Source: Octopus bimaculoides
Taxonomy: Eukaryota
NCBI RefSeq assembly: GCF_001194135.2
Contig: NC_068991.1
Span: 14,295,054 to 14,345,200 of the forward strand
Length of the DNA stretch: 50,147 nucleotides
Reading direction: 5' to 3'
Part shown: one piece after another, positions 48,198 through 50,147 of the stretch
Numbering within the stretch: position 1 is the stretch's first letter
Layout: every line of letters begins with the position of its first letter
Program-made: the position numbers and the translations under genes
The notes under the pieces: model-generated
Database searches by the model: none
What the model saw: only the letters and a program-made list of their open reading frames with translations
Told to the model about the DNA's origin: nothing

Positions 48198-48636
48198 GAA
48201 GAGAAGTTGATTGCTTAGTAACATTTGCAGAATTCATTTATACGATTATCTCAACTACTTGCATTCATTGGAACAGTTTGACATTTATGGCAACAATTTG
48301 ACAAAGTGTTGAAGGGTACACAATAGGTATCATTGTGAACTGTCCATTAATTAAGGTCTATGTCACTGGTGCAAAGGTACACATATTTAGCTAAGGTCTA
48401 CAACCAATTTACATCAAAGCTATCATCCTTTACTGTACTTCACCGTAATTTTATTCCACATACAAGGATAAAATAGATTTCAACTGCATTCTAATTCAGA
48501 AGCTGAATTGATTTGCCTAAGTACCATAGCAGCAGTTTTCCACACTATTTTACCACTTCTGCCGCTTCCTTACTTTTAACAATTTTGATTCCAAGCCAGA
48601 TTTGAAATTAGAGCAAAGAATGTCAGAACAAATATT

Positions 48637-49190
48637 GGTTTCAAATTTTAGCCAGCAATTTCAAGGCAGTGGGCAAGTCGATTACATCAACCTCAGTGTT
48701 CAGCTGGTACCTATTTCATCGACTCTGAATAGATGAAAGGTAAAAAAATCAACCCCCAATAGCATTTGAACTCAGAATTTTAAGTCAGGAGAAATACCAA
48801 TTTCTTTATTGCCCACAGGGGGCTAAACATAGAATGGTACAAAACAACTGATTGGGATCAGTAATGCGAATGGTTTACATAAAATATGACTTTAAAAATT
48901 ATATAAAATATAAAAAATCGAATGATATTAACAGTATGTTAGACAACACAAATGAAGCGATGATCAGGCCACGCTCCGACCCCACAAGCCCCAATCTATT
49001 GCTGGCACCTTTTTTTTCCTGACTATTCACACAGTTCGTTGCATGCACAACACTCGTGCAACATGCTTCCATCTCTTTTGGAACGTACACTCCGACAGAC
49101 ATCTCCTCTCCAGCGAGTCAGGAGAAATACCACTTAGCACTTTGTCTGGCATGATAAGGATTCTGCTTGCTCCCCACCGCATTGCAAATA
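48637..49190 (-). mobile_element. Degraded SINE F host split by a LINE insertion
   Basis: CATTTGAACTCAGAATTTAAGTCAGGAGAAATACCA continues as CTTAGCACTTTGTCTGGCATG after 49132. Confidence 0.65.
48800..49115 (-). mobile_element. 5'-truncated Tx1/L1-like LINE end
   Basis: 17-bp TSD AGTCAGGAGAAATACCA (48783-48799, 49116-49132); ERRCLSECTFQKRWKHVAR resembles C-terminus at about 34790-34850; tail CCCCCTGTGGGCAATAAAGAAAT. Confidence 0.7.
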
Positions 49191-50004
49191 TTGCAAAGCA
49201 TTTTTTTCTAATGTTCTAATAACTCTACTAACAGTTACCGCCATTCTATGCTACTATGCTTGACTGGTACTTTATTTTATTGATTTAAACCAAAGAGAAA
49301 ATTAAAAGTAAAGCCAAACCCTGGTGGAATTCAAACATGGAATGTAAATGAACGTAACTAAATGCCATAATGACACTTTGCTTGGTTGCTCTACCATCAA
49401 TGATAGATACTACTTATCCATCAATGTTGTATAAAGGAAACGTAAATATTTGCCAAGTTCTTCACTCTCATCACCGTTCTGTTTCTCAACTCATTCATCA
49501 ACTGTTCACAAAAAAGAAAATAGATGTTCTACTAATAGAAAGGCAAGCATCAAGGGTGTGAGCAATTTGAGGGTGTAGGAGGTGAGGATCTTGCTGGTAT
49601 ATTTTCTATAGAACAATTCCATTCTTACAGTATAATTATGTAATTTGATCGAAATCAGTTTCCAAAGTTAGCAATACGTAGGTGAGTCAGAAAATAATAC
49701 AATTTTGATTTGTATTACTTTCTGACTCTCGTGCTCATACTAAATGTAGGAACAAAGTTGAAATAAAGTTCTTTTATGAATATAGAAATAACCTAAAGTT
49801 TGTACTTTTATATTTGTGTGGAAGTAGTTTAGGTTTAACATGGTAGAGTATCTTGTGACAATAGCCGACATATTGCCACTGATAAGTACCTTTGGCAGCA
49901 GGATTTTGGCAGAAGTAGAATTTATTCAGCAGAAGAAAAAGGCACTGGCTTGGCTATTTTGTTAAATTGGTCACTCTTCAACCATATGGCCATGCAGCTC
50001 TGAA

Positions 50005-50111
50005 TTAACTTCCACTACTCAAAACCTTGGGCAATGGTCATCATATATTAGTCTCTGGTCAACCAATACCTTGTGAGGGAATTTGAAAGATGGAAACTAA
50101 AAGAAGGTCAT

Positions 50112-50147
<36 letters not shown>
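50005..50147 (+). mobile_element. Degraded SINE B body running into (TA)n
   Basis: CCTTGGGCAATGGTC..ACCTTGTGAGGGAATTTG..GGAAACTAAAAGAAG. Confidence 0.5.

Overview
Repeat-dense, gap-ridden eukaryotic non-coding DNA (11 N-gaps, mostly beside (TA)n/(CA)n microsatellites). The SINE families, RTE tails and microsatellite load point to a cephalopod (Octopus-like) genome; this is inference from repeat content. I cannot support an intact host gene, rRNA, tRNA or CRISPR array, and nearly all long ORFs in the track are microsatellite or N artefacts. The window is a mosaic of four tRNA-derived SINE families (labelled A, B, C, F here), RTE and Tx1/L1-clade LINE fragments, a DD37D (maT-type) transposon relic, mariner-, piggyBac- and hAT-like MITEs, two very short solo LTRs and a 3-kb trinucleotide field. 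Most notable: (1) decayed hammerhead-ribozyme motifs of the Penelope type beside (TA)n tracts, with near-perfect palindromes carrying similar cores; (2) a 3' tail shared by Tx1-like LINEs and SINE F, with one LINE inserted into a SINE F head; (3) fold-back and inverted SINE/MITE arrangements that would form dsRNA if transcribed; (4) old 118-bp and 133-bp tandem arrays; (5) a one-frameshift C2H2 zinc finger behind a splice acceptor. Boundaries of degraded repeats are approximate (about 10 bp).
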